Assembly (NCBI GenBank): GCA_046758505.1
Contig: JBHIAH010000003.1
Span: forward strand, 32,001-96,000
Reading direction: 5' to 3'
Length of the DNA: 64,000 nucleotides
DNA from: Candidatus Methylomirabilales bacterium
GTDB taxonomy: Bacteria; Methylomirabilota; Methylomirabilia; Methylomirabilales; CSP1-5
Below, one piece after another: positions 1 to 9,822 of this stretch. Position 1 is the first letter of the stretch; each line of letters starts with the position of its first letter. Below the pieces are notes generated by a model. The model had not been told where the DNA came from and did no database searches. It saw nothing but the letters and a program-made list of their open reading frames with translations. Made by a program: the position numbers and the translations under genes.

Positions 1-578
1 TTGACCTGCCGGAGCAGGGCGTTCAGGAAGGTAAGATCCACCTGCCCCGATTTCGCCTTTTCCTCCTCCAAGAAGCCGGTGAAGAGATGCCCCACCACCG
101 CCTGCCCCATCTCCCGGTTGATTCCGGTAAAGAGGGTGTTGAGCCCTGGCGCGGCGGTGAGTTCCTGGATCAGCACCCGGTGGTCCTCAATCTTCTGGCG
201 CAATGTCTGGAGCTCGTCCCGGGACAGGTACTGGAGGCCATGCGCTTCGAAGGGGGCATCGTCAACCCGATAGAACAGCTCCGTGATATGGTCCGGGTCC
301 TTCTGGAGGCGGGTGGCCAGGGCCGAGACGAACTGCTTGGCCCGGCCGAGATCAGAGGCATCTACCACCACCACGATACTGTCTCGGTCCGGGAACTCCC
401 GCTTGTAGGCCTGTTTGAGTGTGAGGAGACGTTTCCCGGTAAAGATCAGCTCCGATCGACTGGGGTGAATCTCTAGCCACTGCATCGCCGCCAGCAGAGA
501 AGCGAATGCGAGCAGACTCGTCAGCAACAAGACGACCCGGGGATGCCGAAGGATCATACGAGACCACTGCTGGGCCAT
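1..578 (-). CDS. hpnN: MMPL/RND hopanoid transporter HpnN-like (N-terminal part; runs off window edge)
   Basis: Manual translation from ATG 578: MAQQWSRMILRHPRVVLLLTSLLAF...KREFPDRDSIVVVVD...LFYRVD...GLQYLS; the frame stays open to base 1. Follows an hpnM-like gene. Not in the ORF track. Confidence 0.8.
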   Translation of the reverse strand, partial: MAQQWSRMILRHPRVVLLLTSLLAFASLLAAMQWLEIHPSRSELIFTGKRLLTLKQAYKREFPDRDSIVVVVDASDLGRAKQFVSALATRLQKDPDHITELFYRVDDAPFEAHGLQYLSRDELQTLRQKIEDHRVLIQELTAAPGLNTLFTGINREMGQAVVGHLFTGFLEEEKAKSGQVDLTFLNALLRQV

Positions 579-608
579 GACCGGTTTTGCCCCTCCTGCG
601 GATCCCGA

Positions 609-1247
609 TTATCGCTTGCGGGTGGGAACAGTGCTCAGCGCTTCGGCTTCCTGCTTGACCCGCATCTTTCGGAGAAGGTTAGCATACGAGGAGGTCTGGA
701 TGATGCGGTTGAACTGGGTTCGGTAGTTACTCACCAGGCTGACGCCTTCGACCACCACATCGTAGACCTTCCACTGGCCGGTGCGGCGGATGACTTTGTA
801 ATCAATGGGGATATCAATATGCTCCTTCTCGCTGACGATCTTGGTCCGGACGACCCCATACCTTTTATCCGCCTGCTCCTTGGTATAGAGGATTTCTTGA
901 TCCGTGTACGATTCGAGCTTCTTGTGATACGACCGCTCCAAGAGATCGGCAAAAAGGTCCACGAACTCTTTTCGCTCCTTGGGTGTCCGCTTGCGCCAAT
1001 GTATGCCGAGGGAGCGCCTCGCCATTTCCGCGAAGTCGAACCGGGTAAAGATGACGGCTCTCAGCTGCGTCCGCCGCACCTCCTCCTTCTCGGGGGCCTT
1101 CAGTGCCGGGTCCCTCAAGATATCCAGGACCCGGTTAATCGTGGCCTTCACCTGGGCCGTCGGCCCCTCCTGGGCAAAGGACAAGGTCGAAAAAACCAGG
1201 ATACCGATCCCGGTAAGGATCAGGGTCTGCCGTGTCACCCTACGCAT
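609..1247 (-). CDS. hpnM: MlaC/Ttg2D-family periplasmic lipid shuttle (HpnM-like)
   Basis: Signal peptide; FDFAEMARRSLG, WKVYDVVVEGVSLVSNYRTQF; hopanoid context. Confidence 0.85.
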   Translation of the reverse strand: MRRVTRQTLILTGIGILVFSTLSFAQEGPTAQVKATINRVLDILRDPALKAPEKEEVRRTQLRAVIFTRFDFAEMARRSLGIHWRKRTPKERKEFVDLFADLLERSYHKKLESYTDQEILYTKEQADKRYGVVRTKIVSEKEHIDIPIDYKVIRRTGQWKVYDVVVEGVSLVSNYRTQFNRIIQTSSYANLLRKMRVKQEAEALSTVPTRKR

Positions 1248-1295
1248 CGTCTCCCCTCCTGAATGGTCTCAAGCCGGTCCGCCTCCCCGTTCACC

Positions 1296-2699
1296 CTACC
1301 GTACCGAGAACCCCCGCACAGCCTCCCCCGTCGCAAAGGCCAGGTTGGCCAGCGCAATCCGTTGATTGTAGATGGCGCGAAAATTATCCGTCCGCATCTC
1401 GGCATAGGTCTTCAGCGCGTCGGCGAGCTCCCTGGCCTCCCCAATCCCCAGGTCGAAGTTCGCCACGGCCGTCACCAGCCACCGGCGGGCCTCGCGATAG
1501 CCCCGTTTGGTTGTCTCCATGTCCTTCTGGGCTTTTTGCAACTCCAGGTGGGCCTTCCGCACTTGGAGGGGGATCCCGTGATCGGCAAAATCTCGCTTGT
1601 GGAGCAGCTTGGTATATTCCGCCTCGGCCTCGTGGATCTTTCCTTTCGTGATCCCGAAGTCGAAGTGCCACTTCAGGCCGAGGACGACCCCCCCCTGGGC
1701 GTGTTGGAGTGGATCGGTGATGATCGGGACCTCACTGAAGTCCCGGTTGGTGCTCTGAGCCACATCGGCTAAGAACGCCGCATAAAAGACGGGATACTGG
1801 TCCGCGGCGGCGGCGTCGACGAGGGCCTTTCGAGCCTTGATCCCCTCCCGCAGCTGCACGAACTCGGGGCGGTGCTCCTTGGCCGTTTCGATATAGCTCT
1901 CGACGCCCCTGGCTTCTGCCTTGACCGGCACCAGGGTCTTGTCCGCCAATTCGAACTCGACCCTTTCATCAAGCTGGAGGACCATGCGCAGCGCACCCTT
2001 GGCGAGCGTGAGCCCCTCCTCGGCCTCGTCAATGCCCTTGTCCACCTGTGCCCGGAAGGCCCGCAGCTTGTACACGTCGACCCAGGTGGCCGCGGGGGAG
2101 CCGGCCTTCACTTGGCGTTCGGCCTTGTCCAGGGCCTTCTGAAGCTCATCCCGGATCCCATCGACGAACTCCCGAATTTCGTGGGCCAGCAGGTACCCGT
2201 AGTAGAACTGCTTGACCTGGAGGGCCACCTCGGAGGCCTTCTGATCGACGGCCGCCTCGCTCACGTCGATGCCGCGCGCTGCCGCCTCGCGGAAGGCGCT
2301 GATCTTCCCGAACGTGTACAGGGGCTGGATCAGGGTGATCACGGCCCGGCCGAAGGCGCCGTTGATCACCGGGTCCGAGGTCTTCGAATTGGACTTGATG
2401 GTCCCGTCGCTCCCCCCGGACCTCGCGAGATCCGACTCGGGCGAGGGGCCTCCGAAGATGTTCGCCTCGAGCTGCGCCCACTTGGCCGCCTCCGCCTGTT
2501 GCTGTTTGCTCCGGCTCATATCCACGCCAGCCCGGGCCTCCTTGACTTGGGGGCTCACCTCGAGCGCCCGCTTCACGGCCTCGTCCAGGCTGATGACCAG
2601 CTTCTTCGGTTCACCCGGCGGCTGCCCCTGCGCAGCCGCCGAAAGGGGCGCCAGCACGATCAAGATAAGAGAGATGCCGGATGCGACAATTGCGGCCAT
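1296..2699 (-). CDS. TolC-family outer membrane efflux protein
   Basis: Signal peptide, ISLDEAVKRAL start, QPLYTFGK, helical OEP-type repeats. Confidence 0.85.
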   Translation of the reverse strand: MAAIVASGISLILIVLAPLSAAAQGQPPGEPKKLVISLDEAVKRALEVSPQVKEARAGVDMSRSKQQQAEAAKWAQLEANIFGGPSPESDLARSGGSDGTIKSNSKTSDPVINGAFGRAVITLIQPLYTFGKISAFREAAARGIDVSEAAVDQKASEVALQVKQFYYGYLLAHEIREFVDGIRDELQKALDKAERQVKAGSPAATWVDVYKLRAFRAQVDKGIDEAEEGLTLAKGALRMVLQLDERVEFELADKTLVPVKAEARGVESYIETAKEHRPEFVQLREGIKARKALVDAAAADQYPVFYAAFLADVAQSTNRDFSEVPIITDPLQHAQGGVVLGLKWHFDFGITKGKIHEAEAEYTKLLHKRDFADHGIPLQVRKAHLELQKAQKDMETTKRGYREARRWLVTAVANFDLGIGEARELADALKTYAEMRTDNFRAIYNQRIALANLAFATGEAVRGFSVR

Positions 2700-2736
2700 G
2701 GCACGCCTCCTCTATGCTATGACGGTTCCTCAGCCC

Positions 2737-3177
2737 TCAGAATTTGCCAAAAATAAAACTGCCGATCAGCTCCTCGATATCAATGGGCGGTTCGGTTTCG
2801 TGGATTGTGCCTCCGGGGGGGATGAGCTCATCGGACCCCCCGGGACTCAACCGCACATACTTCTCGCCGATGAGTCCCTTCGTCTTGATAGAGGCGATCG
2901 TGTCCTCCTGCAGCTCGACGCCATTGTCGATCCGCAGCGTGACCCGTGCCTGGTAATCGACCAACGCGATGTCCTCGACCCGACCGATCTGCACCCCGGC
3001 GATCTCCACGGCCGTCCCTTCCTTCAATCCCCCCACGGTGGGGAAGTCGGCGGTCACCGTGTATCCCGAGAGTCCAAAGACCTGCATCTTGCCCAACCGC
3101 ACAGAGATATAGGTGAGGGCGAAAATGCCCAGGAGCAGGAACAGACCCACCACCACTTCGAGATCCACCCGTCTCAT
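2737..3177 (-). CDS. mlaD: MCE/MlaD protein
   Basis: GLKEGTAVEIAGVQIGRV, IKTKGLIGEKYVRLSPGG. Confidence 0.92.
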   Translation of the reverse strand: MRRVDLEVVVGLFLLLGIFALTYISVRLGKMQVFGLSGYTVTADFPTVGGLKEGTAVEIAGVQIGRVEDIALVDYQARVTLRIDNGVELQEDTIASIKTKGLIGEKYVRLSPGGSDELIPPGGTIHETEPPIDIEELIGSFIFGKF

Positions 3178-3188
3178 CGTGCGCACCC

Positions 3189-3935
3189 TCAGTCCGGCTG
3201 GATCGGGCCCTCCGGATCGCCGGTGATGAACTGTCGGACCACGGGAGTGGCGGAAGACTGGATCGCCTCCGGCGGTCCCACCTCGACCACCACCCCATGG
3301 TGGAGCATCGCCACCTGGTCGGCAATGCCAAAGATCTCGGGGATCTCGTGGCTCACCAGGATGGCCGTAAACCCGATGCGCCGATGCAGGTCGAGGATCA
3401 GCCGGTGAATTGCATTGACCATAATCGGATCGAGGCCGGTTGTCGGTTCGTCAAAGAGCACAATCTCGGGTTCCATGGTCAGGGCGCGGGCCAGCGCAAC
3501 CCGTTTCTTCATCCCCCCGCTCACCTCGGCGGGATACTTAGGGCCCATGTCCGCAAGCCCCACCTGCTTCAACAAGGTTAAGGTCTTCTCCCGGATGGCC
3601 TCGTCGGGCAGCCGGGTTTTCTCCCGAAGGGGGAAGGCGACGTTCTCGTGAACGGTCAACGAATCGAAGAGCGCCCCCCCCTGAAAGACCACGCCGAATC
3701 GCTCCCTGAGCCGGTCGAGGGCCCGCCCGCGGATGTGCGTGATCTCCACGCCACCGATAAGAATCTGGCCTGCATCCGGTTTGAGGAGACCCATCAGATG
3801 CTTGAGGAGGACGCTCTTGCCACCGCCACTCCTGCCGATGATGACCAGGATCTCCCCCTGACCGACCTGCAGGTTTACTCCCCGAAGAACCTGCTGCCCC
3901 CCGAAGGACTTATGCACATTGCGGATCTCGACCAT
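3189..3935 (-). CDS. mlaF: ABC transporter ATPase, MlaF/Mkl type
   Basis: Walker A GRSGGGKS, SGGMKKRVALARAL, DEPTTGLDP. Confidence 0.92.
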   Translation of the reverse strand: MVEIRNVHKSFGGQQVLRGVNLQVGQGEILVIIGRSGGGKSVLLKHLMGLLKPDAGQILIGGVEITHIRGRALDRLRERFGVVFQGGALFDSLTVHENVAFPLREKTRLPDEAIREKTLTLLKQVGLADMGPKYPAEVSGGMKKRVALARALTMEPEIVLFDEPTTGLDPIMVNAIHRLILDLHRRIGFTAILVSHEIPEIFGIADQVAMLHHGVVVEVGPPEAIQSSATPVVRQFITGDPEGPIQPD

Positions 3936-3947
3936 GGGCCCCCAGGC

Positions 3948-4721
3948 CTATATCACCAACAGCACCGAGCCGAGGAAGTAATCCCAGACCAGGATCAACA
4001 CCGAGGAGAGAACCACCGCCTCCGTGGTGGCCCGGCTCACTCCCTCTGCTCCGTAGCTGGTATAAAATCCCTTGTAGCACGAGACCCACGTCACCAGGAG
4101 TCCAAAGCTCACCGATTTGAGGATCCCCTGGGTCACATCCCGAAGGCTCACGTAGGTCTCCATCTGCCCGAAATAGGTCCCCTCCCCGACGCCCAAGAGC
4201 TTCACGCCTACGAGATACCCTCCGTAAATCCCCACCAGATCGAAAATCGCGGTGAGGAGGGGAAACGTGATCAGGCCGGCCAAGATGGTCGGGACGATCA
4301 AGTATCGCATGGGGTTGAGTGCCATCACGGTGAGCGCATCGATCTGTTCGCTGATGCGCATGATCCCGATTTCAGCCGTCAAAGCCGAGCCAGCCCGCCC
4401 CGTGACCATCAGGGCGGAGAGGACCGGTCCTAACTCGCGGATGAGGCTTAGGGCTACCGCCGAGCCCAGGAAGGCCTCCGAGCCGAACTTCCTCAACGTA
4501 TAGAACACTTGCAGGCCCAGGACCATTCCGGTAAAAGCCCCGGTGAGCACGATCACCGAGAGGGATTTGGCCCCGATGAAGTGGATCCGGGCGACCATGC
4601 GCCGCCACTTCAGGGGAGGGACAAAGGCCCAGAAAATGGCGGAGCTCAGAAAGATCACCATTCGTCCGCCGTCCCGGAGGAATTGCAGGAACCACTGTCC
4701 GAGGAGTTCCAGGACCCTCAT
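3948..4721 (-). CDS. mlaE: MlaE permease
   Basis: RELGPVLSALMVTGRAGSALTAEIGIMRISEQIDAL. Confidence 0.95.
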   Translation of the reverse strand: MRVLELLGQWFLQFLRDGGRMVIFLSSAIFWAFVPPLKWRRMVARIHFIGAKSLSVIVLTGAFTGMVLGLQVFYTLRKFGSEAFLGSAVALSLIRELGPVLSALMVTGRAGSALTAEIGIMRISEQIDALTVMALNPMRYLIVPTILAGLITFPLLTAIFDLVGIYGGYLVGVKLLGVGEGTYFGQMETYVSLRDVTQGILKSVSFGLLVTWVSCYKGFYTSYGAEGVSRATTEAVVLSSVLILVWDYFLGSVLLVI

Positions 4722-5094
4722 GGCCCTCCTTCACAGAGCATGGAGATTCCGTCGCGCAACGTACCGTAGCGCCAGGCCAAGACCCCTGATTTTACTCCCC
4801 GAGAAATATGGTGGCAAGCATGAAAAACTCCCCCCCACAGCAGGCCAAAGATCACGCCCGTTTTGAAGTCTACTGTATAAAGTATAAAAACGACCAAATG
4901 TCAAGAATATCCGGGCCTTTCTCGAAGACGCCCCGCCGACCCCTGGCGCTTCGGACCACCCCCCTCCCAGGACAGATCCAGGGGGACGGGCCAGACGCGG
5001 CCCCTCGTGCCGGGCGATTTTTTTGGTTGCAAAATTGGCGCATCCGCCTTAGGCTGAATGCTCACGTGCGAACCACGATCTCGCGAGGAAGTCG

Positions 5095-6015
5095 ATGGAT
5101 TCGGTCTTCTCGCTGTTGCTCGGGACCCTTGTGCTGCGGCCGTACGTCTTCGCCTTCCTGTTCCTCTATCTCTTCGCGGCCGTGGCCGACATGGGATGGC
5201 GGCGGACCCTCCTCTTCACCCTGGTGGGGTGGGGTGTCGCGTTTACCGCCGAATCCCTCTCCATCCGGGTGGGGATTCCCTTCGGTCTCTATCATTATCT
5301 GCCCACTACCGCCCATCGAGAGCTCTGGATCGCCGGGGTCCCCTTCATGGATTCTCTCTCTTTTATCTTCCTGGCCTATGCAAGCTGGAGCCTCGCCTCC
5401 CTGGCGCTGCTCCCCCCGTGTAAGGATGGGGAGCGACGGTGGGCCTTCTCGGTCCCGTACCGAGGCCGATTTCGTCCTCCCGTTCTCCTGCTCACCGTCC
5501 TCTTCTTTGTCCTCATCGACATCGTGGTAGACCCCATCGCCGTCCGGGGGGACCGCTGGTTTCTCGGCCAGATCTTTTACTACCCCGAGCCCGGTGCCTA
5601 CTTTGGGGTCCCGGTCTCCAATTTCATCGGCTGGGGGGTGGTGGGGAGCACAATCATGGCCCTCTTTACGCTCCTCGAGCGACGGATCGATCGCGGCCCG
5701 CCGGCCTGGGCGGTAGAGCTTCCCCTGCGCCCCCTGTATGGACCGGCGCTCTACTACCTCGTCCTGGCGTTTTCCCTCACCGTCACCTGGCTGATCGGGG
5801 AGCAGACACTGCTCCTCGTCGGGCTCTTCATCTACGGCCCCCTCACCACCCTCCTGGCGGTGACGATCGCCGCCCGGTGGCGGGAGGGACAGCAGGCGGC
5901 CATAGGGAATCTCAAGCCACGGCAAGGCGTTCTCTCCTCAGGGAACATCCCCTCGAACGGCCGGGGATCGCTCCCCGTGGAGGTCATGTGGAAGGAGGAC
6001 CAGCACCTCGAATAG
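5095..6015 (+). CDS. CruF-like (carotenoid biosynthesis protein family) membrane hydratase
   Basis: E..S...GIPFGLYHY, DIVVDPIA, YFGVPVSNFIGW motifs; multi-TM. Confidence 0.8.
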   Translation: MDSVFSLLLGTLVLRPYVFAFLFLYLFAAVADMGWRRTLLFTLVGWGVAFTAESLSIRVGIPFGLYHYLPTTAHRELWIAGVPFMDSLSFIFLAYASWSLASLALLPPCKDGERRWAFSVPYRGRFRPPVLLLTVLFFVLIDIVVDPIAVRGDRWFLGQIFYYPEPGAYFGVPVSNFIGWGVVGSTIMALFTLLERRIDRGPPAWAVELPLRPLYGPALYYLVLAFSLTVTWLIGEQTLLLVGLFIYGPLTTLLAVTIAARWREGQQAAIGNLKPRQGVLSSGNIPSNGRGSLPVEVMWKEDQHLE

Positions 6016-6080
6016 GCAGACATCCTGACCGGTGCCGACCCAGCACACGCGCACGATCGGTCTGAAGGAGGCCATACACG

Positions 6081-7103
6081 ATGGCAGTTCCGATATCGCA
6101 AGCGTTCACCGTTGCCCGCTACGTCCTCCGTCAAAAGATACGAGGGAATAAGCACTATCCCCTCGTGCTCATGCTCGAGCCCCTCTTTCGCTGCAACCTG
6201 GCCTGTGCCGGGTGCGGCAAGATCCAATACCCCGAGCACGTGCTGGCCCGACGCCTGACGCCGGAAGAGTGCTGGGCAGCCGCCGAAGAATGCGGGGCAC
6301 CGATTGTGAGTATTCCCGGCGGAGAGCCTCTCATCCATCCCGAACTGCCCGAGATCGTTCGGGGATTGATCGAGCGGAAGAAGTACGTGTACCTCTGCAC
6401 CAATGCCCTGCTCATGGAACGAAAGCTTCCCGAGTACACGCCGTCCAAATATCTCACCTTCAGCGTCCACATGGACGGCCTCAAGGAAGACCACGACATC
6501 GCCGTGTGCCGGGACGGGGTGTACGATATCGCGGTCCGCGCGATCAAGGCCGCCCTGGGGCGCGGCTTCCGCGTGACGACCAACACCACCCTCTTCGAAG
6601 GCGCGAACCCGCCACGGGTCCGGCAATTCTTCGACTCCATGATGGAGTTAGGCGTCGAGGGGATGACGATCTCGCCGGGCTATAGCTACCAGAAGGCCCC
6701 CGATCAAGAGCACTTCCTGCGGCGCCACCGCACCACGCAGCTCTTCGCGGCCATCCTCGGCAATCCGAAGCGGCATTGGGCCTTTAACCAGTCCCCCCTG
6801 TTCCTCGAATTCCTCATGGGGAAGCGAGACTACCAGTGCACGCCCTGGGGAAACCCCACCTACAACATCTTCGGCTGGCAGCGCCCCTGCTACCTGTTGC
6901 AGGACGGCTATGCACCGACCTTCAAGGAACTGATAGAAACCACCCACTGGGACCGGTACGGGACCGGCAGAAACGACAAGTGCGCCGACTGCATGGTGCA
7001 CTGCGGCTACGAGGCCAGCGCGGTGGATGATACGTTCAGTTCATGGGCAGCGTTCGCCCGGACGGTCCAATTGACCCTTCGGCCGAATTCATCAAAGGGA
7101 TGA
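6081..7103 (+). CDS. hpnH: Adenosyl-hopene transferase HpnH (radical SAM)
   Basis: YPLVLMLEPLFRCNLACAGCGKI, CTPWGNPT, CADCMVHCGYE. Confidence 0.96.
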   Translation: MAVPISQAFTVARYVLRQKIRGNKHYPLVLMLEPLFRCNLACAGCGKIQYPEHVLARRLTPEECWAAAEECGAPIVSIPGGEPLIHPELPEIVRGLIERKKYVYLCTNALLMERKLPEYTPSKYLTFSVHMDGLKEDHDIAVCRDGVYDIAVRAIKAALGRGFRVTTNTTLFEGANPPRVRQFFDSMMELGVEGMTISPGYSYQKAPDQEHFLRRHRTTQLFAAILGNPKRHWAFNQSPLFLEFLMGKRDYQCTPWGNPTYNIFGWQRPCYLLQDGYAPTFKELIETTHWDRYGTGRNDKCADCMVHCGYEASAVDDTFSSWAAFARTVQLTLRPNSSKG

Positions 7104-7110
7104 ACGATCC

Positions 7111-7503
7111 ATGCCCCAGGAAACAAAGAGGGACGGATCCGAACGGCCGCGGTGGGAGGGGCGCTCTTTCCGCCTCGAGAATCACGCGGAGCTCTACGAG
7201 GTGATCGAGGCGGCCTTCGACTATCGGGGCGACGTGACCCTCGAGCTCCGGGACCGGTCGCGAATCGAAGGGTACGTCTCCAACCGCAACACGGAAGGGA
7301 CCGAGCCGTACATCCACCTTTTTCCCAAGGACCAGCCCGGGACCATAACGATACCGTACGCGGATATTATGGCCATCGAGTTCTCGGGGGAAGACACCGC
7401 CTTTGGAAAATCCTGGGACGCCTGGATGACCAAAAGCGAGGCGTTGCGCAATGCCGAAGACGAAAGAGTTCGCGCCGAGGCCCAGGCCCGCGGGGACCTC
7501 TAG
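7111..7503 (+). CDS. Hypothetical protein, possible Sm/LSm-like beta fold
   Basis: Starts 8 nt after hpnH; AFDYRGDVTLELRDRSRIEGYVSN. Confidence 0.7.
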   Translation: MPQETKRDGSERPRWEGRSFRLENHAELYEVIEAAFDYRGDVTLELRDRSRIEGYVSNRNTEGTEPYIHLFPKDQPGTITIPYADIMAIEFSGEDTAFGKSWDAWMTKSEALRNAEDERVRAEAQARGDL

Positions 7504-7805
7504 GGCCGCACTCCCTACTGCGCGATGACCGGTGACCGCTATCCGATGACCGTAAGGAACCACGGCGTCCTTTTTCGGTCGTCGGTTCAGACTCACTACC
7601 GGGAGGGCAGGTCCCCCTGCGGCGCTCGGCGGTGGCCTCGCCGGGCACGCCCCTGGTTGTATCGTGTGAATCTGGGGAGAGGTGAGTTGGAGGGGCCCGA
7701 GGAACGACGCCACCCCGGTCTGGAATTCCTCGCTCGAGCGTCCTAAGTGATGTACGGGGTTTCGGGGAGGCCACCGGGGGCCTTGATCGCTCGGAACACG
7801 GTGAG

Positions 7806-8555
7806 GTGAGGATTTCTCGATTGGCTCCCGGCCCGGCGGCCATCGTGGTGGCCCTCTCTCGGGAGGCCGCCCCCATAGCCAGGCATCTGGGTCTCCGCAG
7901 GCACGGGGTGCAGAGGGGCGTGACGCAGTACCGCGGTGGGGACGAGCGCATCCACCTCCTGCAAGTGGGGATGGGCCCCCGCGGAGCTGCCCGGGCCCTT
8001 GGTTGCCTGGAAGAGAAACAGCCCGCCCTGCTTCTGTCGGCAGGCTTCTGTGGAGGGGTTGGGACCGAGGTGAGCCTGGGGGACATGCTTGTCGCGTCCC
8101 AGGTGGTCCGACATACCGGGTCCTTTCCCGCCGACCCCCTTCTTCTCAAGACCGCAAGCCGCGTGCTCAAGACGATCGGGCTTTCCTTCCATGTGGGCAC
8201 CATCCTCACGGTCGATGAGGTCGTCGCCCCAGGTGAAGGGATGCGCGAAATGGGGGACCTGCAAATCCAGGCCGTGGACATGGAGAGTGCGTATCTGGCC
8301 GAAGGGGCGAGGCAACAGGGGATCCCCTTCCTGGCAATGAGAGTCGTCTCGGATACCCCGGCCGAGCCCTGGGCGGCCGAAGGGAAGCTCTTCGTGGAAC
8401 CGGACGGCCGCCTCAAGCCGGTGTCGCTCGCGGCCTCCCTCCTCCGCCATCCCGTGTGGATCCCCCAGTTGCTCCGTGTCGGGTCCACGCTCCGACGGGC
8501 CACGCGTCGGCTCGCCCGGGGGATCGAAGCCCTCCTGAAGGAGCTGAACGCGTGA
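7806..8555 (+). CDS. hpnG: Nucleoside phosphorylase family, HpnG-like
   Basis: GMGP, SAGFCGG, AVDMESA, MRVVSD; next to hpnH. Confidence 0.8.
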   Translation: MRISRLAPGPAAIVVALSREAAPIARHLGLRRHGVQRGVTQYRGGDERIHLLQVGMGPRGAARALGCLEEKQPALLLSAGFCGGVGTEVSLGDMLVASQVVRHTGSFPADPLLLKTASRVLKTIGLSFHVGTILTVDEVVAPGEGMREMGDLQIQAVDMESAYLAEGARQQGIPFLAMRVVSDTPAEPWAAEGKLFVEPDGRLKPVSLAASLLRHPVWIPQLLRVGSTLRRATRRLARGIEALLKELNA

Positions 8556-8826
8556 GGGCGCTCGTTCTCCGGCCCCGCGAAGAAGACCCTCCTTCAGGAC
8601 CTCACCGAGGCCGCCGGATTCCAGGGGGTGGAACGGACAACCAGCAGGGAGGAGCCCCCGGCGGTTGGGTCGTGACTCCCCGGGGGGACGGGGTCCGCCT
8701 TTCCGCTGACTTGAACCGGGACGGGGGATCGGGACGAGAAGGTTCCCCGGGCTTCACGCTCCCCCCGAGGCCATCACCCTGCGCCTCCGGCGGGCGGCAG
8801 TGAGAATTGACTGAGGAGAGGGAGTC

Positions 8827-9822
8827 GTGAAGAGGCCCTGGGGCAAGATAGCAGCGCTCTGTCTCGGCCTCTTCCTCTTCCTGTGGATCCTCGGACGGGT
8901 CGGACTCGCTGAGACGCTCGCTCTGATCCGTCAGGTCGGCTGGAGTTTTCCGCCCCTCCTCCTCCCGTCCGTGTTGATGTGGGCCCTTTTTTCCCTGGGC
9001 TGGTGGTGGACCCTCCCCTCGGGGGTGCCCTTCCCTCACCTCCTCCTGATCCGAGCGGCGGGTGAGGCGGTCAACACCATTACGCCCCTGGCGTACGTGG
9101 GGGGTGAACCGCTCAAGGCCTCGCTGCTCTGCCGCCTCGGCATTCCCCTCACCGACGGTCTCGCCTCGGTTGTGGTCACGAAAACCATCGCCGCCTCGGC
9201 GTATTGTCTCTTTATCTTCGCGGGGCTCGCCACTGCCCTCATCGGCACCAGGAATTCCACGTCCGCCCTCGTGGGGGGGGCCGGCGCGGGACTCTTCCTC
9301 GCCATTGCGGTCGTCGTTCTGTACTACAGCCAGCGGCGGGGGCTCTTTTCGCTCCTCCACCGCCTGGTCTATCGGCTCGGCGTCAGGGGCGAGGCCTGGA
9401 TGGCCAAACGCGAAGTGCTCGAGAGCCTGGACGCCAAGATCGTGACCCTCTACCAAAGCCGGAAGCGCCTCTCGGGCTGCCTGGTTTTTTCTCTGCTTGG
9501 CTGGTTCGTGAGCCCCATCGAGACCTACTTCTTTCTCTGGGCCCTGGGAACGCCCGTGGACCTCATTACCGTGATCGTAATCCAGGCGCTGGTGCTCGGC
9601 GTCAAGGCCGCCAGCTTCTTCATTCCGGGCAGCCTGGGGGCCCAGGAGGGGGGAAACGTTTTGATCTTCGTCGGCCTCGGCATGGGCGCGGACATCGCCA
9701 TGGCCTACAGTCTGTTGCGCAGGGCCCGGGAGGTCGCCTGGATCCTCCTCGGCGCCGTGGTCCTCACACGATTCGGGTGGGGGGAACTCAAGGCGCTGCC
9801 CGAGACGGAGCCAGGATCATGA
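8827..9822 (+). CDS. Lysylphosphatidylglycerol-synthase TM/flippase-like membrane protein (HpnL-like)
   Basis: GEAVNTITPLAYVGGEPLK, FFIPGSLGAQEGG, LLRRARE. Confidence 0.82.
   Translation: MKRPWGKIAALCLGLFLFLWILGRVGLAETLALIRQVGWSFPPLLLPSVLMWALFSLGWWWTLPSGVPFPHLLLIRAAGEAVNTITPLAYVGGEPLKASLLCRLGIPLTDGLASVVVTKTIAASAYCLFIFAGLATALIGTRNSTSALVGGAGAGLFLAIAVVVLYYSQRRGLFSLLHRLVYRLGVRGEAWMAKREVLESLDAKIVTLYQSRKRLSGCLVFSLLGWFVSPIETYFFLWALGTPVDLITVIVIQALVLGVKAASFFIPGSLGAQEGGNVLIFVGLGMGADIAMAYSLLRRAREVAWILLGAVVLTRFGWGELKALPETEPGS

Noticed and set aside
8552..8803. GTGA-coupled ORF after hpnG
   Set aside because: Low-complexity Gly/Pro/Arg translation with no recognisable motif; cannot be supported
9204..9818. 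N-terminal extension of hpnA in the ORF track
   Set aside because: Overlaps the upstream membrane gene out of frame; the real start is the ATGA overlap at 9819
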